Positions 11,148 through 21,478 of a DNA stretch of 41,910 nt are shown in pieces; within the stretch, counting starts at the first letter, position 1, and every line of letters starts with the position of its first letter. Below the pieces are notes generated by a model. That model worked only from the letters and a program-made list of their open reading frames with translations, was not told where the DNA came from and made no database searches. Both the position numbers and the translations under genes were made by a program. Origin of the DNA: Folioceros fuciformis (lineage: Eukaryota); contig JBNGIO010004074.1 of the NCBI GenBank assembly GCA_049999805.1, positions 1 through 41,910 of the forward strand. The letters are read 5' to 3'.

Positions 11148-12615
11148 TCTGTGCGCGTAAACGTTGAAGCGGAAAGGTCTCCGAGCCCATCGCCCTTCCA
11201 TCCCTCACCAAAACTCTCGCCTTGAAGGCACGCAAGAAGTCGGCATAGCTGAACATGGAAGGACCTGTACTGTACCGTAGATGAGACCAAGCTATGTACA
11301 TATGTACGTACGAAGCTACGTACATATTTTTGCGACAATACCTATTTTTCCTACAATACCTACAATACATTTTTCAATACCAAGGTCGAAGTATAAAAAT
11401 ACTTATTGTGCCACAGGGGTACTCGCCTATCTGATGGCCTGACCTTCTCCAGTCCACTAAAGACGGATGGAAATGTACATATTTGGCGTATCTACTACAA
11501 AACAAAAGGAAACAAAACAAAACAAAACAGTCTCGCTGTCTGTTTGAATTCCATGGAGATCGTAGAGGAGCAAGGGTCGGGTGATTGCCTTCCCCACCCC
11601 ACTCTCGTGGGCTTCAAGCTACCATCCTGTGGTTGGAGCCAAAACAGAAGACTGCCTGAATTCTTAATCCTTGATGCTCGTCTTGTTCACCACTGGATGC
11701 ATCTGTGTATGTCGTTGTGTCCCGCACCTGTCAAACTGACTGTAAATTAGCCCCAATTCGTGTAGTGTGCTGCACACATATGTCCAATCTTTCTGGATCA
11801 ATGCTCTAGCAAACCAACACACCCATCAAGCATGTATCTACGTCTGTACGTCTGTCTCCTCCACAGCATGTTGTGCAGACGCTCACCTCGTTTGTGCAGG
11901 AGCGTGTAAGTGCGTGTTGTATCGTGAAGTTCAGAACAGACGTTTACGGTAACAATAGCACCCCAGCACGACTTTCTTCGTCTTTGGGAAGCGTAGGCTT
12001 TCTCATAATTCTGCTTCGCTTGGATGCTCCTGACTATCTGCATCTCGAAAAGGCAGGCCCACTCAAGCAGGTATACGGGCAACCATTTCCTTCACTTCAA
12101 ACCGAAGGATGGAGATAGACTCTTTTCCCCATCTACTCACCATTGTGACTCATCTCAATCATCTGCGTCCCTGCTATGGCATACCAAACAAGACACTCCC
12201 TCTCTCTACATACTTTATTGTTTTCTCACGAGGTATCTACCGGGATATCCATGCTCGATTCCCGGGAACTCGACGTCCTGTTTGGGCATCCTTACAAACC
12301 AGACAATGCACCAAAGCAGACACAACAAGCGCACGGGAGCGCACATAGCCTAACCGCAAAAGCACTGGAACGCGTTCTGCTGCCTACGTACGTGGGCACA
12401 CTGTTTCAGTGCAGTGCAAGCGGTGAATCCCCAGCTTTTTCAGCTCATACTCTGTTTTCGATGGTGCAAACTCTTACCATCATTGCGAACGCGATTGTTG
12501 GCGCTTTTCTGATTACTCATTTGTTTTCAGATCAAGATATGCACATTCAGAATCCCCACAATCACGAGGTTGCAACTCGCGCCTTCTCTGTTCACCGCAT
12601 TCTAGGCATTTGCGA

Positions 12616-12990
12616 TCAATCACTCGTTCGACGTTCAGTCCATGCCGTGGCCCACACGCAGCCGGCTCCATCGTCTATCAATATGCGCACCCGGTACATC
12701 ATTGAGCTTCCCATACTTTCTCCGCACTTCCGACATCGCTCCGTCTGCAGGGCCGTCTTGCAGTTGTTGCAGCCAACGTACAGGAGGAACCGGGAGGTGT
12801 CGATTGCGCGGATGACCGCATCCACTTCAATGTTTCTTGGCTGGCCTATCCTTCCAACGATTGCCTCCTGTACAGATGCCAACGTCCACTTGTTCAACGA
12901 GGTGGTTGCTCCGTGCGCCATTGCCTCCCTGCCGACAGAAGTCGATGCCTCGGATGCGAAGGCCCCCATGTTCACAGCAGAAGCTGCCAC
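12616..12990 (-). pseudogene. Truncated RPA70 C-terminal-like OB-fold/zinc-ribbon coding fragment
   Basis: VDAVIRAIDTSRFLLYVGCNNCKTAL..RCRKCGE..YRVRILIDDGAGCVWATAW fits the RPA1 DBD-C pattern (Y..CxxC..CxxC..Y....I.D.TG..W.T.F), then stops a few codons later. Confidence 0.6.
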
Positions 12991-13342
12991 TTCCCTTCAA
13001 CTTTCTCGAGCGGGCTTACCGTTTTCTTCTCCCACCCTTGGATTCCAAACACCTGCAATGTCGCCACGATTCCCTCCTCTATCCCTTTTCTCAAGTATGC
13101 CGGTTTATATCGTGCTTGCCATTCCAAATACGGAATTCGTTGATTTTCTGGATGATTTATTACCCTCATTGTCGGGCTCTTGCCACTCATATATTTGCCA
13201 ATTTGTCTAACATGCATATTGAACACATTGCAAAGGCAGTTTGTAGGCGGTACACATTGGTGTGCCTATATTGCAAGTGACGGAATGTTAATTTGGAAGA
13301 CCAGGTGTGGACATGGAATGAGGCTGAGTGCAGCTTGTGGAA

Positions 13343-13409
13343 ATGGAGGGCAATCAACTTGTGGACATGGAGGGCAATCAACTTGTGGACATGGAGGGCA
13401 ATCAACTTG
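13343..13409. repeat. 24-bp tandem repeat ATGGAGGGCAATCAACTTGTGGAC, ~2.8 copies
   Basis: Seen directly; a degenerate copy (tgtggacatgga) precedes it near 13306. Confidence 0.9.
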
Positions 13410-13597
13410 CTATGCGGGTTGTTCGTCGAAGGGACTACCGCAGGCTGCTAGGTAGTTGTATTTTGACGAAAGTCACAACTTTTGTGCCTTGGGTCTTAGA
13501 GGAAATTCAGATCTTGTGTGCATTGGGTTAATTGGACATTGCAAAGGTCTACAGCATTTGTCCGAGGGCATTGGAATGGAAGTGTGACATCGCGTTC

Positions 13598-13641
13598 GTG
13601 ACCTGAACGCTCATTTGTGACCTGAACGCTCATTTGTGACC
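13598..13641. repeat. 19-bp tandem duplication GTGACCTGAACGCTCATTT, ~2.3 copies
   Basis: Seen directly. Confidence 0.85.
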
Positions 13642-14090
13642 CTCACCACGATGTGCACCCGCCTACAAGGGAGAAGGGCAGGATAGGCATCTGTACAGGG
13701 CTGGGCAGATTGGGAGCAACGTCCACTCCTGTGAGCTACCACCTGGGTTACCTCCTACCTGCTTTATACTCAGTTTGCATAGACGATCGCAACCAGAGAG
13801 CGCCAAGCCCAATGGACGTGGTGACCAAGCTCTTTGCTCAGAAACCAAGGTCCATGGCCGAAGGCTGGCAGCAGCTGTCGGGCGGACAGAGGAAATGGAC
13901 AGGGGATGGACTTTGAGCCTCAGACCCTCTGAAGCCACGGGGCCGCTTGACGCCCAAGCCACACCCCTTGATGTCCATCCGCATCCAATTCGCATCCTGG
14001 CTGTGGCCATCAAATTCAGCGGGGAAGCCACGCTGCGGGTAGCGACCCTTCAACCCAAACGAGAGGGTCAGTGTGGCTAGAGGCAACAGA

Positions 14091-14172
14091 GTTCGCAGTG
14101 CGTGCGCGTTAGTGGAGATTCCAAGCGCGTTCGCAGCACATGCGCATTCCTGGAGAGTCCAAGCGCGTTCGC
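14091..14172. repeat. Degenerate 38-bp tandem duplication
   Basis: gttcgcagtgcgtgcgcgttagtggagattccaagcgc / gttcgcagcacatgcgcattcctggagagtccaagcgc / gttcgc. Confidence 0.7.
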
Positions 14173-15266
14173 TTTCCATGGTTTGCAAGAAAAACTGCTG
14201 GTAGAAGTTACGCGAAACCGAAGATGTCCTGCGCCATGCCGTTGTAAGCCCCCAGATGTCTCCTTCGGGAAGGGGGGTTGCGGTAGTTTGGGGACCACAG
14301 CGGACTCCCGACTCTCAGCATTGTGGTGCAAGAACACAGATACTCTCTTTCTTGTTTGGTATTCCGTACCCTGCTCACTCAAGCAGGTCTGCAAACAAGC
14401 ATTTCCATATATCAAAGCCAAAGGATCAATATAGGTGTCTTTTCCCCATCTTCTAACCCATTGGGCATTGCTCTCGAGATCTGTGAGGGCAGCCACCGAT
14501 AGTCACCTTCGTTTGTGAATGCGTGCCTTTGAAACCTGTTCTCTACACTGGGTCATGGTTCTGCAACCATGGTGTGTAGGCCTTGCTAGCTCGGGTCATA
14601 TGGATAAAGCTGTCGTGTTTCAAAATTCCGTATTTTCTTTCCACGTCCGGCGCTGTAGGACTGCAGGAACCAATTCATTATCACGTGCCCTTTCCTGGTA
14701 TACCGCATTACATCCCTCATGTCATCGGAAGAACGTAACACCTGCAGCGAGGACCCATGGAAGTGGGAATCTACAGAAAAGGAGAACCTGTCCAGCAGCC
14801 TCGAGCAGCGATGAAAAAATGAACAGTACGCGTATTGGCAGAAAGAACACAGGGCTTCGTGCCCATCCCAAAACGAGATATTAAGGTGGTCCGCATGAAG
14901 AGCAACTGGCACGTCTTGCAATTGACATGGGAAGCCAACCAGGGATCCCAAGCCAAGCAGAGTCCACAAAACAACAATCGGAATCTTGTCTGGTCAAACG
15001 TAAGCAATCACCTGACGCCCTACAACATCGAGGGGCAAGGGCATATGATGTCAGGCCTCTCAATAATCAGACCTTAGAAGTGGTAACTGTAGCAAAAGCT
15101 GCTTGGACCATATACAAGCAGCATCATATGGCATCATCTAGGTCGCAGAAAGTGACCCACCCCCTACCCACTAAGCTATGGGGACACACCCGGATCTTGC
15201 GTCCTCCAAAATACATTTCCTGTCCTGACCCGAGCTTCATGCCAAGAGCATCAAACTATCACTTAT

Positions 15267-16434
15267 CTAATCGGCCCCTACCGCCACCTCTGCTTTCTCA
15301 ACAGGAGGACTCAAAGTCTTCTCCAATTTCGCCTCTGACTTCTCGGCAGTCTCCTTTTCCTTCTCGTCCGTGGCTTTCTCGGTAGTGGATGCTCCTGGTC
15401 CCTTCTCCCCAGTGGTAGCTGCTTCTGGTGTTTTTCCTTCTGTAACCCTCAAGTCGTCGAGTAAGTTGGCAGCCTCATCTACAGCCTCCTCCTCCTCCTC
15501 TTTGACAGGTCGTCTACCTGATTTCTCTTGGGCAGCTTCATACGTGTCCTTGAACTTCTGAGCGTCTAATACATGCAACGCAGTCCATCCATGAAGAAAG
15601 TGCCTGGAGCAGCAACCAAGAAAACAAAAACAACACCACAACCAAGGGGAAAGAACATACTCTCGATACTTCCAAACCGAATGCAGAACAACTCCGCCTG
15701 GAGCTTCCCCTCCGAAAAGTCATTGGCATGCCAGACCCACGACTTGTCACTGCCAGCGTGCTCCTGTAAAGTTGCCGCTGGCGAGACTGCAGCAAGAGGA
15801 ACATTCCCGGATTCCTCATTAGCCACAGTCTAAAAGAACTCCGAAGCCTACATCGGAGCACTCCAGAGACGTGTCACACGATTATACATGTGAGAAAAAC
15901 ATGTGTGTACATAACCTAACATTCAGCACCGCCCAAGCAACACATGTGGTCAAAATTTCCCAGGTACAGCAACCCTATCAAAAAACGCACAAGATTCACA
16001 AATTCGAATGTTCTCCACCGAAGCTGCAGGCAATTACCCAGATGATTTGCGCAGATCTTAAGAGTTCTGTTCTGCCGCATCAACAGACGGATCTTCTTGG
16101 TTTCCTTGTGCTCAAGGAGCTTAATCTGACCCGCGCCCCGCTCCTTCCACTGATTCCCCTCCTTATCAAACCGATACAACTTAGCCTTCCTACATACCAC
16201 AGCACAATGGCGTGAGAATCGGCAGCAGCACGCAATCAGAATGCCTCAAATCCGGAATGCAGAATCACCGACATCCACACCAGCCACTCACAGGTCAATG
16301 AGAACGTCTTCGTACTCTTCGCCCGTGGTGACAGTCACCTCATCCAGCTTCACAATAGGGGCGATCTGGGCGCCGGTATCTTCTTCCTCCTTTCCGGCCT
16401 CATCGGCCTCCTCCCGATCCTCACCTCCTCCCAT
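15267..16434 (-). CDS. RANBP1: Ran-binding protein 1 homolog, 4 exons
   Basis: [85 protein letters not shown], acidic tail; GT-AG introns. Confidence 0.95.
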
Positions 16435-16754
16435 CTCCCTTCCGTTCCACGATCCGCACGGCAGCGCTGCGAATGAGGGCGCACGTCTGCCTTTGTGCTT
16501 TCGGTGGAAAGGTTTCCAACCCTAGCGCCGCCTGAAATAGAAGTGTGAAAGGAAATATAAATATGAAAGGAAATATTACATAGGTGTGAAAGGGAACAGC
16601 GGTTTTCTGCTTTCAGGCTGTGCCGCTATATATGTAGGTCTCAGTACATACATTGCTGGTTGCTGTGAACGTCCAGACATCCAGCCGAAGCGTTAAGCTT
16701 TCTACTTACCTCCGTTTTCCAAGGAGGAGGAGAATTCGTCCCCGTTCGCCAGCT

Positions 16755-18057
16755 ATGTCGTCGCTACGAAATGCCGTCAATAGGAAGACGCACAAAGAGA
16801 GGGCGCAGCCGTGAGTTCCTCAAACCGAATCTCTCCTGCCTGATGCTCTCGCGAAGGATGAGCGAGATGCTCACGCGTGTGGGTTTTACAGAGCCGCGAG
16901 AGCCAGACTAGGGTTGTTGGAGAAGCGCAAAGACTATCTGCTTCGGGCCAAGGATTTTCACAAGAAAGAGCAGACCATCCAGGTAGAGTACCGGACGCTC
17001 GCAATCTTTTGCTGGAACTGTGTAGTTATGCTGTGAATGTGAAACACTTCGCTCGTTTTGATGCAGGTGTTGAAGGAGAAGGCTGCGCGGAGGAATCCGG
17101 ATGAGTTCTACTTTGATATGATCCGCTCTCGGACGGTTGACGGAGTTCACCGGCCACAGTAAGCCCTTCTGCAGGACCTTTGTGTCTGAGGCAGTAGCTG
17201 CGGATGATGTGATTTCTCAACGAGGAATTTTTTTGCAGAAGTGACGCCAAGAAGTACACGCATGAGGAGCTGCGACTAATGAAAACGCAGGATATAAAGT
17301 ATGTACTGAATAAAGCACAGGCAGAGAAAAAGGTACGACCGTGCCGGTGTTTGCCCATGAACTTTGCATTCTATCGCGATGCTGGGCTTTGGGTCTGAGC
17401 CTCTCCTCTCTCACTGCAGAAAGTGGAGTCTATTCGGAGTGTTCTCCACTTAACTTCTCAAGCACCATGCAACACGCACTTGTACTTCGCTGAGGGCAGG
17501 TAGACCTACCTGGGTCAGCTTTTTGTACTGAATTTTCGGCCCAGCCGTCAGCATAGTAACGAGTTTAGTATTATGGTTGTAGGGACGAGGCACGACAGCT
17601 GCGACCTGCGTTGGCAAGTGAGCCAGTTGGGGCGGGAAAGGAATCTCGATTGCCGAAGAGAATCTGGAAGTATGTTGCCTCTGGCGTTCAGGTTTACCAT
17701 AAGCGTGCATGGTTGCATTTATTTATCTTCTGACGCTGTCCTTGAATGCAGAAAACGCGAGTCTGCGTATAGAGAATTGACCGCTCGAACCGAGAGGGTA
17801 GAGAAGTTCCGAAGTATGATGTCAACTATGACCTTGGAGAAAGAGCTGATGGTGAGTTGTTTTGGTGTCCAATGTTGCCGTACAAGCTTACAAGACGTGA
17901 CGCCTAGCAATCAGATGTGTTGTGAGCTGGAACTTGCTCTCACCAGGGACCTTCCCTTGCGCAGGGTAAAGGAAGGAAACGGAAGCTAACTGATGCTGAG
18001 CTGGCGAATCCTGGAGCAGAGACTGTGTACAAGTGGAGGCAGGAAAGGAAAACATGA
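16755..18057 (+). CDS. UTP11: U3 snoRNA-associated protein 11 (SSU processome), multi-exon
   Basis: MSSLRNAVNRKTHKERAQP, LGLLEKRKDYLLRAKDFHKKEQTI, KAARRNPDEFYFDM, LMKTQDIKYV, GKGRKRKL..VYKWRQERKT*. Confidence 0.93.
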
Positions 18058-18440
18058 TCACCGTCAAACTCAATTGTAGACGGGAGGTAGATTGTAAGCT
18101 TGCATGAATTGGCACAGGGCAAACTTCTGGAACTGTGCGGTAGATCATCAATGAAGATATTGCTAACGCTAGATGGCTCGGAGCGAAGATGGATCAATTT
18201 CCCTCGGGCACTACCAAAGGTGTTTTGAGGCAAACACTTTCAACTTCAAAAGTGCAATTGGAGATTTGTTTGCGAGTGTGAAAAATGAGAGAAAGGAGGC
18301 TTAACAGTCACCTATGTTACAGGGGCGTGGATCATGACCAACCAATTGCCCTCCGGAGGCTGCCCAGCAAGGCCAATCATCTCCAGCCCAAGGATAAGTC
18401 CCTTCAACGGGGGTGAAACTACTACGGCATGACCAGCTAA

Positions 18441-21101
18441 TCAATTGTTGATAGCATCCAGCAGGTCACTATAAGTAACGACATCCCTGTGTTGGTCCGC
18501 TTGCCTAATTTCATCTAAAACAGCACGGGCCTCTTTCCACCGATCTGCTCTCCCTAGAACATGTATGAGAGCACTGTAAGTGACCAGACTTGGTTGAATC
18601 CCTTGGGTCTTCATGTTTTCAAACAACTTCAGGGCTGAATCCACATCCCCGTTGATTCCCTGCCCGTGAATGAGAGATGTGCAGGTAAACACATCCGCTT
18701 TCATTCCCTTCTCTTCCATTTCATAATAATATTTCCAAGCTTCGTCCAAAAGTCCTGCTTGGGCCAGTTTGTCGATGAGAGTGTTGTACGTGAAAATGTC
18801 AGGAGCAATTTCCTTTCGTTGCATCTCCTCGAAGAGCTTTCGAACTTCATCCATATCACCAGCCTTCCCATATACTCCAATGAGGGCGTTGTACGAGACC
18901 ACATCTAAGGCCACGCCGTGAGCATCCATCTCCTTCACCAGCAGCTTAACTTCATCCGCGCCAAGTAAACTGTTACCAATTGCATCAATAAGGGAGTTGT
19001 AGGTTACAAGTGTCGGAGATATACCATTTGTCTTCATCTCCTCAAACATGCTAAATGCTTTATCAATCTGACCCGCCTTGCCCAGTCCATCAATGAGAGT
19101 ATTGTACAACACTACATCTAAGAGATGACCTCCTTCCTTCATATCATCCACGAGCTGGAAAGCTTCGTCAAGCTTTCGGGCTTTAAGCAATCCCGAGATG
19201 AAGGTACTGAATAAATACGAATCGGGTGTGTGGCCCTTCTCTTGAAATTCCGCGAACACCCTTCGGGCTTGGTTCAGCTTACCCATTTTACAAAACCCAT
19301 TGATCAAAATGGTGTAACTGACCACATCAGGTTCGCAACCACTCTTCTCCATCACTCTAAACAGATTAAGAGCCTCGTCGACTCTCTTTGCCTTGCACAT
19401 CGCGTTCATAAGCGCAGTATAGACAACGGCATCAGGCACTATACCATTCTCTTCCATCTCCGTATACACCTGCTTCGCCTCGTCCATAAACCCGGCCTTG
19501 CCCAACCCATCAATCAGTATGCTGTAAGTGATCACATCCGGTGCACAACCCTGCTCCTTCATTTCCTCGAAGAGCTCTAGGGCCTGCGTTATCCTCCCTG
19601 CTTTGGACAGCGCCATCATGACAGAACTGTACACAGCTTGATCAGGTTCGCACCCGCCCCTCCTCATATCCTCGAACAGCTTTACGGCCTCATCCACCTG
19701 TCCTAACTTCCCTAGCTCACTGATAAGCACATTGTAGATGAAAGCGGTGGGCGCGAACCCATCCCCTTTCATCTCTTCAAACAACACCAAGGCACGGTTC
19801 AGTTGACAGCCACACAGCGTTTGTATCAGCAATGCGTAAGTTGAAAGCAGCGGGCGCACTTGATTCACCCTCATGTCCCGAATCAGCGAGCAGGCATCGT
19901 CCACTTTACCTGCCCCGACGAACTGCTCCAGCAAAGCTCCACATGTAGCTGAGCTCGGAAAATGCCCTTGCTCCTTCAACTCCCTCACCAGCTCGCAAGC
20001 CTCGGCCAGCTTCCCCTCCTGACTAAACCCCCGGATCAACGCATTCAAAGCATGATGGTCCGCCACCAACCCCTTCTCCCCCATCTCCTTATGGAGATCC
20101 ACCGCAGCCCTCAACTTTCCCCCCGTCACCAAAATCAATATCAAACAACTATACGCCCTCGCATCCGGCTCGCACCCGATCTCCTTCATGTAATGAAACA
20201 CCCGCACCGCCCCTTCCGGATTCCTCGCCAAGCTGTAGCTCACCATTACGGTCGTATACACAAAGACGTTCTGGAAACATCCGTCACTGTGCATTTTCTC
20301 AAACAAAACCCAGACCGCATCAAACTGCTTCGCCACTCCCAACATCTTGATCATCTTGCTGTAAGTGTACTGGTTGTGCGAAAACCCCGTCTGCTTTGCG
20401 GCCCATTTGAAGAACTCCAACGCCACCCCGGCGTCACTTAGCTGCTTCAGCACAGCCAAAACCATAAACTGATCCACCTTGAATTTCAGCCCTGAAAGCT
20501 CAGCCTCCGTTCCCTCATCCCATCCTCTGTCCAGAATCTTCCGCAGCCGCTCGACCCTCCTCTCATTCTTCATTCGCGGCCCATCCAACTTGGCCTTGAA
20601 TTTCCTCGTCCCCGAGGAAGAGCCCTCCCCCTTCCCCTCCTCCTTCCCTTCCTCCTTCTCATCCTCCCCATCCGAGTCCGAATCCGAGTCCCACGACTCA
20701 GACTCCGAGTCACCGGCCTCCCCCCGCGCGTCCGTCAGCCTGGCCGCCAAGTCCCATTCCGGAGTCCGAAGACCCGCCCGCCGCCGCCACACCTGCTCAA
20801 CTGGGTACATTTCCGCGGGGGCCGAGGGATACATCCTCTCGGTCTCCACAGCCACCAGCTCCAGCTGCGCCCCGGAGTCCGGCTCCGCGACAGGGCTGGC
20901 CTGTCTCAGACCCCCGTCGCCGGCGCGCGCCAGCCCCAGATACTTCCCGGACGCTTCTCCGCCGGCCGGCCATGGCCTAGGCCAGAGGATCCCGACTCGC
21001 CTGGGGGCCGCATGCCGGACTCCGGCCAGGCTAGTGCATAGGCTCCTGCATCCTAAACCTACGCACGATCCTTCCCCTGGCGTCAGGAAGCACATATCCA
21101 T
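18441..21101 (-). CDS. P-class pentatricopeptide repeat protein, single exon, probable organellar targeting peptide
   Basis: 886-aa ORF: transit-like N-terminus, acidic linker, ALEFFKWAAKQTGFSHNQYTY, then a long array of 35-aa repeats (PDVITYSILIDGLGKAG..). Confidence 0.95.
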   Translation of the reverse strand: MDMCFLTPGEGSCVGLGCRSLCTSLAGVRHAAPRRVGILWPRPWPAGGEASGKYLGLARAGDGGLRQASPVAEPDSGAQLELVAVETERMYPSAPAEMYPVEQVWRRRAGLRTPEWDLAARLTDARGEAGDSESESWDSDSDSDGEDEKEEGKEEGKGEGSSSGTRKFKAKLDGPRMKNERRVERLRKILDRGWDEGTEAELSGLKFKVDQFMVLAVLKQLSDAGVALEFFKWAAKQTGFSHNQYTYSKMIKMLGVAKQFDAVWVLFEKMHSDGCFQNVFVYTTVMVSYSLARNPEGAVRVFHYMKEIGCEPDARAYSCLILILVTGGKLRAAVDLHKEMGEKGLVADHHALNALIRGFSQEGKLAEACELVRELKEQGHFPSSATCGALLEQFVGAGKVDDACSLIRDMRVNQVRPLLSTYALLIQTLCGCQLNRALVLFEEMKGDGFAPTAFIYNVLISELGKLGQVDEAVKLFEDMRRGGCEPDQAVYSSVMMALSKAGRITQALELFEEMKEQGCAPDVITYSILIDGLGKAGFMDEAKQVYTEMEENGIVPDAVVYTALMNAMCKAKRVDEALNLFRVMEKSGCEPDVVSYTILINGFCKMGKLNQARRVFAEFQEKGHTPDSYLFSTFISGLLKARKLDEAFQLVDDMKEGGHLLDVVLYNTLIDGLGKAGQIDKAFSMFEEMKTNGISPTLVTYNSLIDAIGNSLLGADEVKLLVKEMDAHGVALDVVSYNALIGVYGKAGDMDEVRKLFEEMQRKEIAPDIFTYNTLIDKLAQAGLLDEAWKYYYEMEEKGMKADVFTCTSLIHGQGINGDVDSALKLFENMKTQGIQPSLVTYSALIHVLGRADRWKEARAVLDEIRQADQHRDVVTYSDLLDAINN

Positions 21102-21478
21102 CGCCAGCAGGAGAAAGCAGGACTCTCAAGCGAAAGGCCTCCAAGTCTTAATCCTCACAGCCCGCTTACCCGCGCCCCCTGCCCCGTGCTGCTTAGGACG
21201 CTCCATGTCCGACGCGCGGGATTCCGGCGTCGCATAGTTGAGGTGGAAAGGCTGGCGAGCAGGTGCCGCGCTCAAAGCGTCACCAGCTGGTGGAATGTTG
21301 CGGCGGCGTGACGGCCATGGTCACGGGAGAGCTCAGCGTGGCGGCCTCTGGGCTGCACAATTTGAGTTTTTTTATATTTGAGTTCGAGAATCGCATTAGG
21401 GAGGCAGATTGATACATTATGCATTACAACCGGAGAGAGTTCGGATGGAAGAGGGGAGAGCGAAGGGGATGGGGCTCC

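Noticed and set aside
12176-13210. 344-aa plus-strand ORF
   Set aside because: No recognisable domain; it lies antisense to the OB-fold fragment and is probably a shadow ORF.
13868-13895. QQLSGGQRK resembling the ABC signature motif
   Set aside because: No Walker A/B context and a stop follows shortly; likely chance.
20479-21237. Long antisense ORFs over the P-class PPR gene (also 26128-26916 over RBR and 28838-29440 over the TRAIP-like gene)
   Set aside because: Low-complexity mirror translations of real GC-rich coding strands.
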